DNA from: Azolla caroliniana
Taxonomy: Eukaryota; Plantae; Polypodiophyta
NCBI GenBank assembly: GCA_043228905.1
Contig: JBHGNT010000002.1
Coordinates: forward strand, 24,304,001-24,368,000
Length of the DNA: 64,000 nt
Direction: 5' to 3'
Shown piece by piece: positions 9,583 to 22,568 of the stretch. How positions within the stretch are numbered: position 1 is the stretch's first letter; each line of letters starts with the position of its first letter. Below the pieces are notes generated by a model. That model did not search any database. It had not been told where the DNA came from and worked only from the letters and a program-made list of their open reading frames with translations. Position numbers and translations under genes: made by a program.

Positions 9583-12500
9583 TTTCACCATTTGGTTTGG
9601 TTTGTTTCATCTTTACCCCAAGAAGGAAAAATGTGTATACAAGGTCTACCATGGCAATAAGACCTCGTGTCTCCCTTGAGAGGTCTCCTCTCCAACTTAT
9701 TCTTTGTTTGTAGTGAGTGGTTTTCATGGCTAACCAACATTAATGTGGAAAGCCACCTTCAATATTGTGGAAAACAACAAAATGTGCAACTTTTGAAGAA
9801 ATAATGATTTTTAAGTATAATAAATTGGGTCTTTCAAAGTATCGCTTCCTTTGTTATGAGATATTCAACGACATCCATAGTTCTACAAAACTTTATGGCT
9901 ACAAAACATGTTATGTTTGGTGCCTACTTGTGTTTAAATATCATAGATACATATCAACACATGGTCTTTCGTTGTTGGCTTAGTTTGTTAAGTCTCAAAT
10001 CAGGTGAAGTTTTGAATAAGCATGGACTTTAATTGATATGCTTGATATATCAAAATTCGGTGGTGTTTGCGTCTATAATGGGCCCAACGCCCTTTGATAC
10101 CTTGTCCTTTCAAATGCTACAATTTTTTTGCAAGCCACAACATCATGATAGAGAGAGAGAGAGATGGCATGTCCTCAATGTATATCTCTTACGGCAATAT
10201 TTGATGTGTGGTCTTAAATTTCAATACGGATCTAACTTTCAAGCTTGCTAGTGTAATTGGCAAGGCAATTTTGTGAGGTGTCCATCTATTTACATTCTTA
10301 AATTGCTTTGGATGTCCAAAATTTATGCATTCATATATTAAACTATGCAAAATGAGCTGCAATACAATAACCTAATATCTAGAACCTAGAGATGAGTGAA
10401 ATAAAAATATGCATGCTCATATTAAGACGTAAACACGACAATTAAATTGTTCTCGTGCCATCTGACCAAAACATGCAAATTATTATTGTCTACAATTATT
10501 AGTTGTAGTAACGTGTGTTATGTAGTAACTTCTAATATTTGTGTTTCCGGTTTAAACTTACAACTTATGATTATATTATCAATAATTTTACATGCATTGT
10601 TGTTTATGATAGCTATTTCAGTCACTTGCCCATATATTGATTTCATTTTTCTTTTTACACGTCGGTTGATTTTTGCCCTTTTTGCCTTTCATTGTCATTG
10701 ATCACTTCTGAAGGCCTTAAACAAGTTTATAGCCATCAAAACAAACCCTTGATCATCCATCCACCTGATTGTAACCATTTCTATCCTATACCTACATCTC
10801 TAGCGTTAGCATGAGGTTGCTTGTGCATCAATATAAAATGTAGCATGCATTCATTTCTTTTTCTCCCTTATTCAAATGATCATAATTCATTTTAAATCCA
10901 ATGTTAGAAATCCATTCATGTGTTTCTTTTCATTGAATCGGAGTTTCCCAAGAGAACACCTCTTCCCTTTTCCCATGATTAGATGCAATTGTTTTTAAAT
11001 GGTTTCTTTGTATGAATATAATGCAGTCACTTGTGTCGTTTTCGAAATTGTCTTTATGAATGGCACATGATCTATGACAAAATTTTCATTAGTTTATTGC
11101 CATGTCAATTTGTTGACAAGCAAACTTGCACTTGACCATTCTTACATGTTGGGCATTTGTAGTAGCTTTATTAAATGAACTATGTCCCTCTCACTCGTTT
11201 TCAAGCTTCCTTATATTTCAACAATTCATTATAGTAAAAACCAAATCTGTGAGTAACGTACAACATGTTGCTTGGTAGCACACTTAAAAGCTTTTATGCA
11301 ATGTGTATACATCGCCTCTAGATAAATTTGTGGACCTTGGTGAATTAACTTTCAAGTTCATTAACATCTCTTTTGTTGTATTTTTATACATCGGTGATAC
11401 CCTCTAACAAACAATGGTAATCAATACGGTTTGTTCCCTTGCTATAGAAACCTACCACAATGTCATTCATTTCAATTTGAATCACACACCAATGTATGCG
11501 TGAGATGCAAAATTGTGTGTCCATTGTATCGTATAACATATATATGCATAATTTGGAAGTAATTTCCTTTGTTGAAGCCATGACATATACCATATTATAC
11601 ATTATGCTCTATTAGAACCATGTTATCATAAAATTGAGCTCTAGTATTTTCAATGTTTCCTTCACAACAAGATGGCATTATCACCACTCTCGAGTCTATT
11701 TTCAACAATCCTTAGATTTTGTTATACGTAAATGTTTTTAATTTTATGTTTAATGCATTTGTGATATTAAACTCTTATTTTCTTGTTTTAATTTTTTTTT
11801 GTTTTTGTTTCTTGTGTGGGATTGAAATTATCAATGTTTTCTTTGTGGTTGATAGCAGCATAGCTTAAGCCATTGACACCCAAAAAACCAAAAACTTGGC
11901 CTTTTAACAATGCATTATTTTATTTCTAGTTAATTTTTGTTGTCAAAGTCACCGTTGTTCTTCATTGTTATTAGAATCATCATATGTTTAATATTAACTT
12001 GTTCATGTCTTTTTCATCTCTTTTACACATGTTGAAATAATCTTATCACAACAAATTAAGCCATTAATGCCTCATCAATCTAGGAGTAATGCTCATGTAT
12101 CGAAATGTATTCAAAACATATTTCAAAAAGCTTATTCAAAAGTAAACTAGGTTCCAAAATTGTTTCATTACTTATCCACATTTAACCATCTTGCAAGTCA
12201 TCACCCCGCTAGATGCTTTCATCTTTGTGAAAAGCAAATGGTCAGAACTTCAAATGCTTTCATCTAGTATGGATGTTGATACACTCATATGCAGACAAAG
12301 TAGAAACCCCATTGTACCAATGTTTTGATACGTTGAACTAAATCACATTTGGATAGATTTTGTTATATAGAATTGATGTTTTTTAAAAAAACACTAGTAA
12401 TTTGAGGAAAGATACAAACATCAAGAGTTAGCATATGCACTATAGAAAGGCAAACTTTGTCCTAGAGTCAAACACGAAGATTTGTATACCATTGACCTTT

Positions 12501-15141
12501 TTGCATTAGCTTTTATTAGACCTTTTACAATTTCAAAAGATCGTGGACCTTTAATGTTTTGGACAGAAAAAAAAGTATTTAAAGTTGCCTTATGTTTCAT
12601 ATGATGTACACTTATTATATAGCTAGCACTAGTTGGTTGTATAGATATTGTGACATTATGATTTGATTTTCTAAACCTAATTGGTATTGTACCACTAGGG
12701 TTTCATTTTTCAATGTTTTTACCCTTCCTTTTCCTTTTCCCTAAACTTGTGGAATACTTGAAAGAGAAACAAATTTTCAATCAAGTGTCACGAAGAATCT
12801 AATAGAGTTATATTTATTCAACAAGGAGTTGTGCATGTATTTCTCATTTCTTGTTGTTCATTGTAGATTATTTTCACTTTATATAGCTATGTTTCTTAAT
12901 ATTGTTCTCTTACGTTTCGTTTTTTCTTTTCACAAACTTTTTCTTCTCCCCTCATTTCACAATTAGAATGGGGAGCAAAGCTAATCGTTGGTATTTCCTT
13001 ATTTTATGGAGGCTCAAAACAGACAAACCATACTAAAGTCATTGTTTCCCAAGGGCAATGACATGTAAGATTATATGAAAGAACTATAACTTGCATGCAA
13101 CACCAATACAACACAACGATATGCACAGGTACCCTAGGGACCAAAGTATGTAGTTGCACATAATTCCGAAACAAGTTATTGCCACATGGCATGATAAGTA
13201 AATGGAACTAATATAAATATAATTAATGATTCCAATGGTGTGGATATTGATTGCTACTAAACTTGATGGGATAATAATAACATTGATGAGAATTGGTTAC
13301 ATTATGCATGTTTGTGATTTTGAACTTTATGAATAGATGTGCATTAGATTACATGTGAAACTTAAAAGGGTTGTGATATGAACGATATCAAATGAAAACA
13401 TATAATACATTATTCATAACACAACTTCAAACCATTGCCTTCATACTTCATACTAGAGACTTTAGATTTCTTGATATTAGATTCACCAAGCTACCAAATG
13501 TTACGGGCATGACCATATAATATCCCGTGGTAAAATTGTACCGTAGTATTCTATACACGTGGATAAAGTGTGAGGGTTAAACGAGAGTGTGAAGAAGGGA
13601 ATGATTACTTTTAATCCTTGGGATTGAGACAACCCATTCAGGCCAAGTGGGAACTTGCATGGGAGCCTTAGGTCTGGCTATAAATATGAGGCCTAGCTAC
13701 CTCATTGGACATTATCAACTACGTGGAGACTTTGTCCTCATGGTGATCAACCCATGGTGGTGGTATGGGACGCCAATCGAGGCTCAAGTCCGTCTCGATC
13801 CCTTCGCTTGGGGGTGGTCGGGTGGATCAACACCCTTGTTTCTGTCTCTCTCTCCTTTCTTTTCTGTTTATCTTTTATATCCTTACCATATGCTTACATT
13901 TGGATCTAGCTCTAACAATTGGTATCAGAGCCTTGATTCGTAATGTTTCTTTTGTTGATTGTTTTTTTTTGTTGGATGGTGATCGATCAATGTGCGGTCG
14001 AGCTTGATCCAGAAACATAACAACAAAAGAACATTGGTATTCCTTCCTTCCTTTCTTTTATATATTATTTCTTCTCCCATTCTAATCATGTTTATGTCAT
14101 TATGTATTAATTTCAATCATTAAAATATGTTGTAGTCGTAATCAATTGGTTACAGTATAAAACGTACATATGTATGCGTATGAGGTCAATACCTCAATTG
14201 CCATGTATTTGAATTCTTTTTCAATGCCATGATGCACCCTCAACAGAGCACCCTGGAATACATTGCACACTTGTTCTCCTCCGCTCAATTCTACTGGCCT
14301 AAGATGCGTCTTGACATACATAGCTATGTGACTAAATGTCACGAATGTCAGGTTAACAAAGCTGAGCAACTTAAAGCCGTTGGACTTTTACATCCCTTGG
14401 GACTTCCCAACAATAAGTGGGAAAGTATATCCAGGGATTTTATTGTTAGCCTTCCTCGCACCCAAAAGGCCATGATGCCATTTGGGTTGTGGTTGATAGA
14501 CTAACTAAAATGGCCAGATTTATTGCTACTAAAACCATGATAACAGCTCCTAAATTGGCTTACCAATTCGTTGATGAGTTATTTCGTTTTTACGGGTTAA
14601 CGATTGATATCATAAGTGATTGAGATCCCAAGTTACTAGCGACTTTTGGATGCAAGTCTTTAAGAAGTTAGAAACTACATTGAGCATGAGCTCCACAGAT
14701 CATCCTCAATTTGATGGACAAACAGAACGAGTAAATCAAATTATTGAGGACATGCTTCGAGCATACATTGGTACAAAGCCAACAAAATGGGAACGTTGTC
14801 TCCCAATTTTGGATTTTGCTTACAACAACTCAGATATAGTCCTTTTATGTTGATGTATGGCTTTCAACCACAAGCCTCGATTGATATTAATATACATCAT
14901 GATGAGTTGCGAAGTACGCAAAAATTTCTTCGGGATATGCAAGATATGTTGCATATTGCACGAGATAATATTAAAAACTGCTCGAGATAGTGCATGTTTT
15001 TATGTCGATCATAATAGGCAACCTCGTGTATTCAACCCTAGATAGAAGGTATTTTTACGCGTACCTCACAATTTTAAGACATTGTCTATGGGTAAGTGCG
15101 TTAAGTTAGCCCCATGATTTTGTGGACCTTTTATTGTCCTC

Positions 15142-18100
15142 TGTTGAGAATCAAGCTCAACTTGGTCTAGTGTGTGAACTCACCTTGAGAGTGAAGAGAC
15201 ACTCCAACGGTCAAGAGTCACCATTATGTCACCACTTTGTATTCTAGCATTTAGTATGAGTCATAGAATCATATTCTATGACACATAACTTATGATCTTT
15301 CACATTCCCCATGCTCCATGAGGCTTGTAGTTAATGAAGAGAGAGGGTGACTACATAAAGCACCCTCCTCCCACCTTGTATCGTTGGGTCTTTCTTCTTT
15401 GTCAATATACTTTTACATTGCATATTCCTTGTCTCTCTCTCATACACACACATAACTCATATCTCTTCCGCTTCACAAGAATCCATCTCTTGATTCTTTA
15501 CATGGTATCAGAGCGATTTGGTAGCTCGATCTAGCCCATTCGCCTCATCGTGATCGTGTGTTGTGCTCCACGTCGACGACCAAGAACCGGCTCATCGCTA
15601 TTGTAGCTTCGCTACATAGCTCGCATTCAAAGAGAGAAGAAGAAGAAGAAGAATCGACATAATGAATACTCAAATGGGGAGCGCTCTCCCTACCGAGAAG
15701 TTGGATCGAAACAACTTCGCATCTTGGAAGTACAAGATGCACCAATACCTTGTCGGACAAGGCTATTGGAGCTACATCAAAGGAGCGCATGAAGACCGAC
15801 CAGCCAAAGCGGCTCCCTGATACGCGACATGGGAGCAAGACGCAAGCCGCGTGATGTATTGTTTGGCGACATGTGTTCACAACCACATGCTCAGTTACAT
15901 TCGACAATCCAAGACGCCGAAGGAAGCGTGGGAAAATCTACGAAAGATTTTCGTCGCCAACACGACCGCGAGGAAGCTTCAACTCCGCCAAGAGTTGAAC
16001 AACATTCAACAAAGGGACATGTCCATCACGACATACACCTTGAAGATCAAGGAGCTTTGCGACTCGCTTAGCTCAATAAGCGTAAGTATAGATGATGATG
16101 AAATGGTGCAAATATGCCTCGGCGGCCTCGCACCACGGTTCAGTGCGATGCGAACCACCGTTCTAGCACGAGAGAAATCTCCCTCCTTCTTCGAGCTCCA
16201 ATCAATGCTATTGGTCGAAGAAAACCACGTGCGTACAAGGAGCAATGAGTCGGAAGGCCACATGCTCTACACGCACTCTAGTGGAGGAAGAGGACGCAGA
16301 CGAGCGAGAGGCTGATTCGGCCAAGGACAAGGCGGACGAGGTCCGACCTACGACAACAACTCCCAATTTCGGCCGCAAAACGGAGGCCAACGAGGAACCT
16401 CCGCAAGAAGGGGGAGCTTCCACTCCGGCCCGAGCTGTCAAAACGCAACCGAATGCGGATATTGCGGAAAGCTCGGCCACCACGAAGAAGAGTGCCGAAA
16501 GAAGATGCGTGAATCGGCTTCCACAAGCCGACAACTCACGAATTACGCACACAACTCCGACTACGAAGATCGTGGCGGAATGTATGCACACAACTCCGAC
16601 CGTGGCGAAATGTACGGGCACAACTCCGACTACGAAGATCGTGGCGGAATGTATGCGCACAACTCCGACCGTGGCGGAATGTTCATGATGAAACATAGAG
16701 CAAACTCTATGTCGGCCGCTACCTCAACTAGTGCCTCCGGTCCGGAAGACATATGGTTCGTTGATTCCGGTGCCTCGAAGCATATGACATCGCATCAAGA
16801 ATGGTTCCGAGAACTTCGAGAGCCGGACCGACCCAGCTATGTCGAAACCGGAGACAACACTACGCACCCGATTCGGCACATCGGCAATGTCCCATTCGGA
16901 AAAGAAGGTAAGCAAAACTACATAAAAAATGTCTTGCATGTACCAACCATTACGAAGAATTTGGTCTCCGTCGGCCAAATTGTAGAGCAAGGGATGCAAG
17001 TTCGATTTAATCAAGGCGGTTGCTTCATCGAAAAAGAGGGCCGACTCATCGCACGCGGACGAAGAGAGGGCCGGATGTTCATTCTTGATTCACATGAGAT
17101 GAAATCTGCCATGTTCTCGAAAAACACGAAAGCCGACTCCAACATAGAGCTATGGCACAAGCGAATCGGCCACATCAATCTCAACAAACTCAAAGAAATG
17201 AAATCGAAAGCAGTCGTCATCGAACTCCCGACATTCAAAGAGAAGGAGATTGAAGGTGTATGCGAAGCGTTCCAATTTGGCAAGCAATGCCGACACCCAT
17301 TTCCGAAGGAGCGGAATGTGAGCAAAGGCGTACTCGACGTAATTCATTCTGATGTATGGGGTCCGGCTCAAACGACGACATTCGGCGGATGCCGATATTA
17401 CGTGCTCTTCATCGACGACTTTCCTAGGCATACTTGGATCTACCCGATGTGGCAAAAGAGTGAAGTGTTCGGACACTTCCAAAATTTCAAGAATGAAGTC
17501 GAGAAAGCCACGGGTCGACATGTATGATGCCTTCAATCGGATGGGGGCAAGGAGTACTTCTCGGACGATTTCACGATGTATCTTCGAAAGGAAGGAATTC
17601 AGCGAGAATTCACTTGCCGACACACTCCGCAACAAAACGGAGTAGCCAAGCGCAAAAATCGGCACATCCTCGAAGTAGCGCGGGCCATGATGAACGAGAA
17701 GCATATGCCCAAGTCATATTGGGCCGAAGCTGCAAATACAACCGTCTACCTAATGAACCGGTGCACAATATCCGGCGTGCACGAGGTCACTCCGCACGAA
17801 AAATACTTCGGAAAGAAGCCGGACTTATTGCACATCCCGATATTTGGCGCGATAACGTACGTACACATCCCCGACGAGAAGCATCAAAAGCTTGACCGGA
17901 AGTCGGAGAAATGTATCCTCGTAGGATACTCACTCGAACAAAAGGGGTACAAGTGCTACAACCCCTCAACTCGAAAATCTCGAGTAAGTCGAGACGTCGT
18001 TTTTGACGAGTCCGCATCCTGGTACGCACCAGAGACAACTTCGCCTCCGACTCCGCTCGACCCAGAATCTGCCGAACAAGAGATTGAGGATGAAGATCGC

Positions 18101-20643
18101 CCTATGCGCATGATCAAAGAAAGTCCGATCATGACCCGACTGAGTGGACCACAAGAGCCTTTGAGCGATCAAAGCACATCACGGCCTAGCCCGAAGATGG
18201 ACAAAGGCAAGGCGAAAATGGCGGAATATGAAGACGATCGCTTCGACGACGATGAATCGACTCACTCACTCGACAGTGACTTCGGCGGTTTCGAGGTACC
18301 AATCGGAGCCAAGAAAGCCCTCATCTTGGCAAATGAAAAGCTCCGCCGATCCACTCGTGAAAAGAACCCTGTAAGCTGATTCGGTTACAACGATTATATG
18401 GCGTACCATTACGCCTTTATGATGAAGGTAGCGACAGTACGGGAGCCGGAAACCTTTTCGGAAACCGCGAAGGACCCGCGATGGATCGAAGCAATGAACG
18501 AGGAGATGCAGGCACTACGGAAGAATGAGACGTGGGATCTCGTTCCCACCTCATCAAACAAAAAGGCAATTGGATGCAGATGGATCTACAAGGTGAAGTA
18601 TAACGTTGATGGCTCCGTAAACCGCTACAAAGCTCGACTCATAGCGAAAGGATATGCTCAGACACATGGCGTCGACTACGAAGAGACCTTTGCCCCGGTG
18701 GCAAAGATGACGACGGTGCGGACCGTAATTGCGATTGCCGCGGCGAAAGGGTAGCACCTCCATCAAATGGACATCAAGAACGCCTTTCTACAAGGAAAAT
18801 TAGAAGAGGAGGTGTACATGATCCAACCACCCAGCTTCAACTCGAGCACTCATCCAAAAGCCGTATGCCGACTCAAGAAGCCACTCTATGGCCTCAAGCA
18901 AGCGCCACGTGCTTGGCATTCGAAGATAACGCAATATCTTCATCAAATCAGCTTCCGTATGTCAAAATCAGACAACTCCCTCTACATACGAAGCGATTCC
19001 GCAAGTTCGATCGTCATCATCTTATATGTGGATGACCTAGTCATTGGAAGTGAGCATCTCGCCGAAATCACTAAGGTCAAATCTCTCCTTTCCGACAAGT
19101 TCGAGATGACGGACATGAAGGAGCTCCACTACTTCCTTGGCATCGAGGTAATTCGGACTCTGGCCGGAATCATGATCTCTCAACGGCACTACATCCTCAA
19201 CTTGTTATACAACTTCGGAATGGCTGAGTTCAAATCCGTGGCAACCCCGCTCGATCGTAATCTCAAACTAGATGCGAACTCCGACACCAAAGCGTGTGAG
19301 CGGACTCAGTATCGGCAACTCATCGGGAGTCTCATCTACCTCACGATCACACGACCCGATCTCAGTTATCCGGTCGGTCTCCTTAGCCAATTCATGCAAA
19401 CATCGCGTGATACTCACTTGGATTGCGCTAAGCGAGTTCTACGCTACGTGAGTGGCACAATGGATTGCGGCATCCTCTACAAGACCGCGATGCCAATACG
19501 ACTCGAGGGGTACACAGACGCCGATTGGGCCAGCTACAAAGCCCATAGAAGATCAACCTCCGGATTTGTTTTCTCCCTCGGCAGCGGAGCAATATCCTGG
19601 AGTAGCAAGAAGCAGCCTACCGTCGCTCTTTCGAGTACGGAGGCGGAATATAGGGGCGCAGCCGTAGCTGCATGTGAAGCCGTATGGCTTAAGAGGATTT
19701 TGAAGGATTTGGGTGTTCCCATCAAGGATCCGACTCCCCTTTACTGCGACAACATGAGCAGTATTTATCTGGCTCGGAACCCGGTGTTCCACGCGCGGAC
19801 AAAGCACATCGAAATGCATTATCACTTCATCCGAGAGCACATTCTAGCTGGCGATGTCGACCTACAACACATTAGCACCAATCTTCAAACGGTTGACATC
19901 TTCACTAAAGCCTTACGATCTCGGATTGACGATCCCTAACCTGCCAAGCTTGAGGGGGAGTACTGAAGACACTATGCAATAACGCGTAGATTCCGCAACC
20001 GCGCACTACGCAATAACGCGTGGATTCCGCAACCACGCAACAAAGCCGCGAAGAAAGACGCAAGCCGAAGCACAGACTTCCCAACTACGCACGCAAGTCG
20101 AAGCGCTGACTTCGTAACTACGCACAACGCAAGCTGGAGCACGGATTCCGCAACTCCGCATACATGCGAGTCGACACGAGTTGACGCGGACTCCAGAACA
20201 CGAGTTGAAGCAGATTTCAGATACAGTCTGAAACCGACCCGACTTGAGCTTGAGGGGGCGTGTTGAGAATCAAGCTCAACTTGGTCTAGTGTGTGAACTC
20301 ACCTTGAGAGTGAAGAGACACTCCAACGGTCAAGAGTCACCATTATGTCACCACTTTGTATTCTAGCATTTAGTATGAGTCATAGAATCATATTCTATGA
20401 CACATAACTTATGAGCTTTCACATTCCCCATGCTCCATGAGACTTGTAGTTAATGAAAAGAGAGGGTGACTACATAAAGCACCCTCCTCCCACCTTGTAT
20501 CGTTGTGTCTTTCTTCTTTGTCAATATACTTTTACATTGCGTATTCCTTGTCTCTCTCTCACTCTCTCTCTCTCTCTCTCTCATACACACACATAACTCA
20601 TATCTCTTCCGCTTCACAACAATCCATCTCTTGATTCTTTACA
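15142..20643 (+). mobile_element. Full-length Ty1/Copia LTR retrotransposon
   Basis: LTRs 15142-15502 and 20261-20643 (TG..CA; about six substitutions plus a CT-tract expansion). TSD TCCTC (15137-15141, 20644-20648). PBS-Met TGGTATCAGAGC at 15503. PPT GAGGGGGCG before 20261. Confidence 0.96.
15662..19939 (+). pseudogene. Copia gag-pol (gag, zinc knuckle, protease, integrase, RT, RNase H) with stops/frameshift
   Basis: EKLDRNNFASWKYKM (gag), CGYCGKLGHHEEEC, WFVDSGASKHMT (protease), LWHKRIGHIN and IHSDVWGP (integrase), YKARLIAKGY and LYVDDL (RT), YTDADWA and SSTEAEY (RNase H). In-frame stops at ~16313, 17525, 18377 and 18752. Confidence 0.93.
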
Positions 20644-22142
20644 TCCTCAAACACATTAGTTCATCATCTTATTGTCTCATTCTTCCTGATGGCGTTGAAA
20701 TCCATCCAGTTTTTCATGTAAGTCATTTAAAAGAACTTCTAGGTTCTGGCGACAATACAATCACAACTGGAACTCTGGTTATTTTTAAAGAATTATCTTC
20801 TAAACTACATGTACCAGAGAGAATTCTCGATGTTAAAACGAAAAATTTGTGTTCTAAAATAATCCGAGAATTTAAAATTAAATGGATAGATACGAGAAAA
20901 TACTCTTAAAACTAACTTCCCTAACTTTTCATTACAAGAGTGCAATGTTTTAAAGAGGGGAGTATGTTACAGGCATGACCATATAATATCCCATGGTAAA
21001 ATTGTAGGTCCATAGTATTCTATATACGCGGATAAAGTGTGAGGGTTAAACGAGAGTGTAAAGAAGGGAAGGATTACTTTTAATTACTTTTAATTCTTCA
21101 TTCATCTAATTATAAATTATGAATATGGGCACATTGGATTGTTGATTATTTGGTTCCAACAGACAACTCAATGTTAACATCCTTGTTTTGTTGTACCAAT
21201 GTTGTTCAAAAACATGTATTTCATTAAGAAGATACGTTTTACAACACTATGAAGTGTTTAATATGTATTCTACATATTTAACAAGTATTTTACGTTTCTT
21301 AAAAATATATATACCAATCGTAATAATAATTTGGCCGAAAAATGTCTTTCAAATTATTCCTTCATTGAGAAATGTTTTTGGCATTATTTCTTCATTACAT
21401 GCCATGAAGCATTTTTCGTCATATACTTAAATGAATTAGATAGACCGAATAGATATCTCTTCCTAATCTTCTAACACAGACCAAACGATAGAAAATAATG
21501 GGTGTCGCCCATTATCGCCATGTTAGGTCTTGTCCCTATATCCTTGCCTTCTCTGGTTTTTTAGAATCTTTTGCCAGTTGTCTTTGCTTGCATGCCACCC
21601 CCCTTCATATCTCAACCAAAGTGTAAAGAGACTTGCAAATGACAATGTTCTTAAAGTAATGTACATACTCTAGAGACAACACTCGTTGAAATTTGAGATC
21701 ATTCCAAGACAAACACAATGATAAATGCATGCATCTTCATTTGTGTTACCACCAACAAGCCTTCAATCCTATATTGAAGTATTTTGAAGCCTACTATCTA
21801 TCCTATGCTCCAATTTTTCCTAGAACAAATTTATTGCTAGAAATAATAAGCAAAGTTAGCTATTTTTTGACGAGAAATATGTGGAATAATCTTCGGCCAC
21901 AACCGAAGCGTAGATCACTTGATGACAATCAAACACAGAAGAAATGGGAATGGAGGTAAGTACACAACCAGAAAGAGAATACACAGGATGTTAACGTGGA
22001 AAACCCTGAGAGGGAAAAACCACGGGAGTCCACAGACTCCAAACTATCACTATGTCAAAAAGTACAACGGGGAGCATAGAGGCAACGACCTCTTGCTCAC
22101 AATCTTCGCCTGGCGGCGGTTACAACAGAGACATGCTCTGTA

Positions 22143-22186
<44 letters not shown>

Positions 22187-22568
22187 TACAGTCATTACGC
22201 ACATGACCTTATACGAAGATAACAACAACTATATTCATTACACTGTTTTCCCTAGGTCACATTTATACTAATATGACATTAGGACTATTTACAGATATAG
22301 CCCCAATGGGCTCTCAGAAACATATCTACATATATGTCCCTTCATTCGGTGAGAGGTTCTCACCGGGCCTGCAACATCCAGTTCTCACCGGGTCTTCCTT
22401 GCCGGGTACTCGTCATCCGGTTTGCACCATCCGGTTCTGGGTATTCCACATCCGGTTCTCACCGGGTCTTCCGTTGCCGGGTACTCCACATTCGGTTCTC
22501 ACCGGGTCTTCTGATGCCGGGCCTTCGTATCCCATCCGGAGGGACCGAGATCCTAACAAACTCCCCCT

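Larger units (their letters stand above)
13499..21098 (+). mobile_element. Internally deleted Gypsy chromovirus (5' LTR, PBS, integrase-chromodomain, PPT, truncated 3' LTR), interrupted by a Copia
   Basis: 5' LTR 13499-13917 (TGTTAC..TAACA). PBS-Met TGGTATCAGAGCC at 13920. Integrase fragments 14229-15141 (CHECQ, WESISRDFI, HPQFDGQTERVNQ, CGPF) continue at 20649-20909 (HPVFHVSHLK, PERILD..FKIKW chromodomain). PPT AAAGAGGGGAG at ~20952. 3' LTR starts 20965 and stops after ~130 bp. Confidence 0.88.

Noticed and set aside
9700-13490. Short ORFs in the AT-rich stretch after PPO
   Set aside because: All under 90 aa, with no motifs, termini or consistent splice pattern that I could support.
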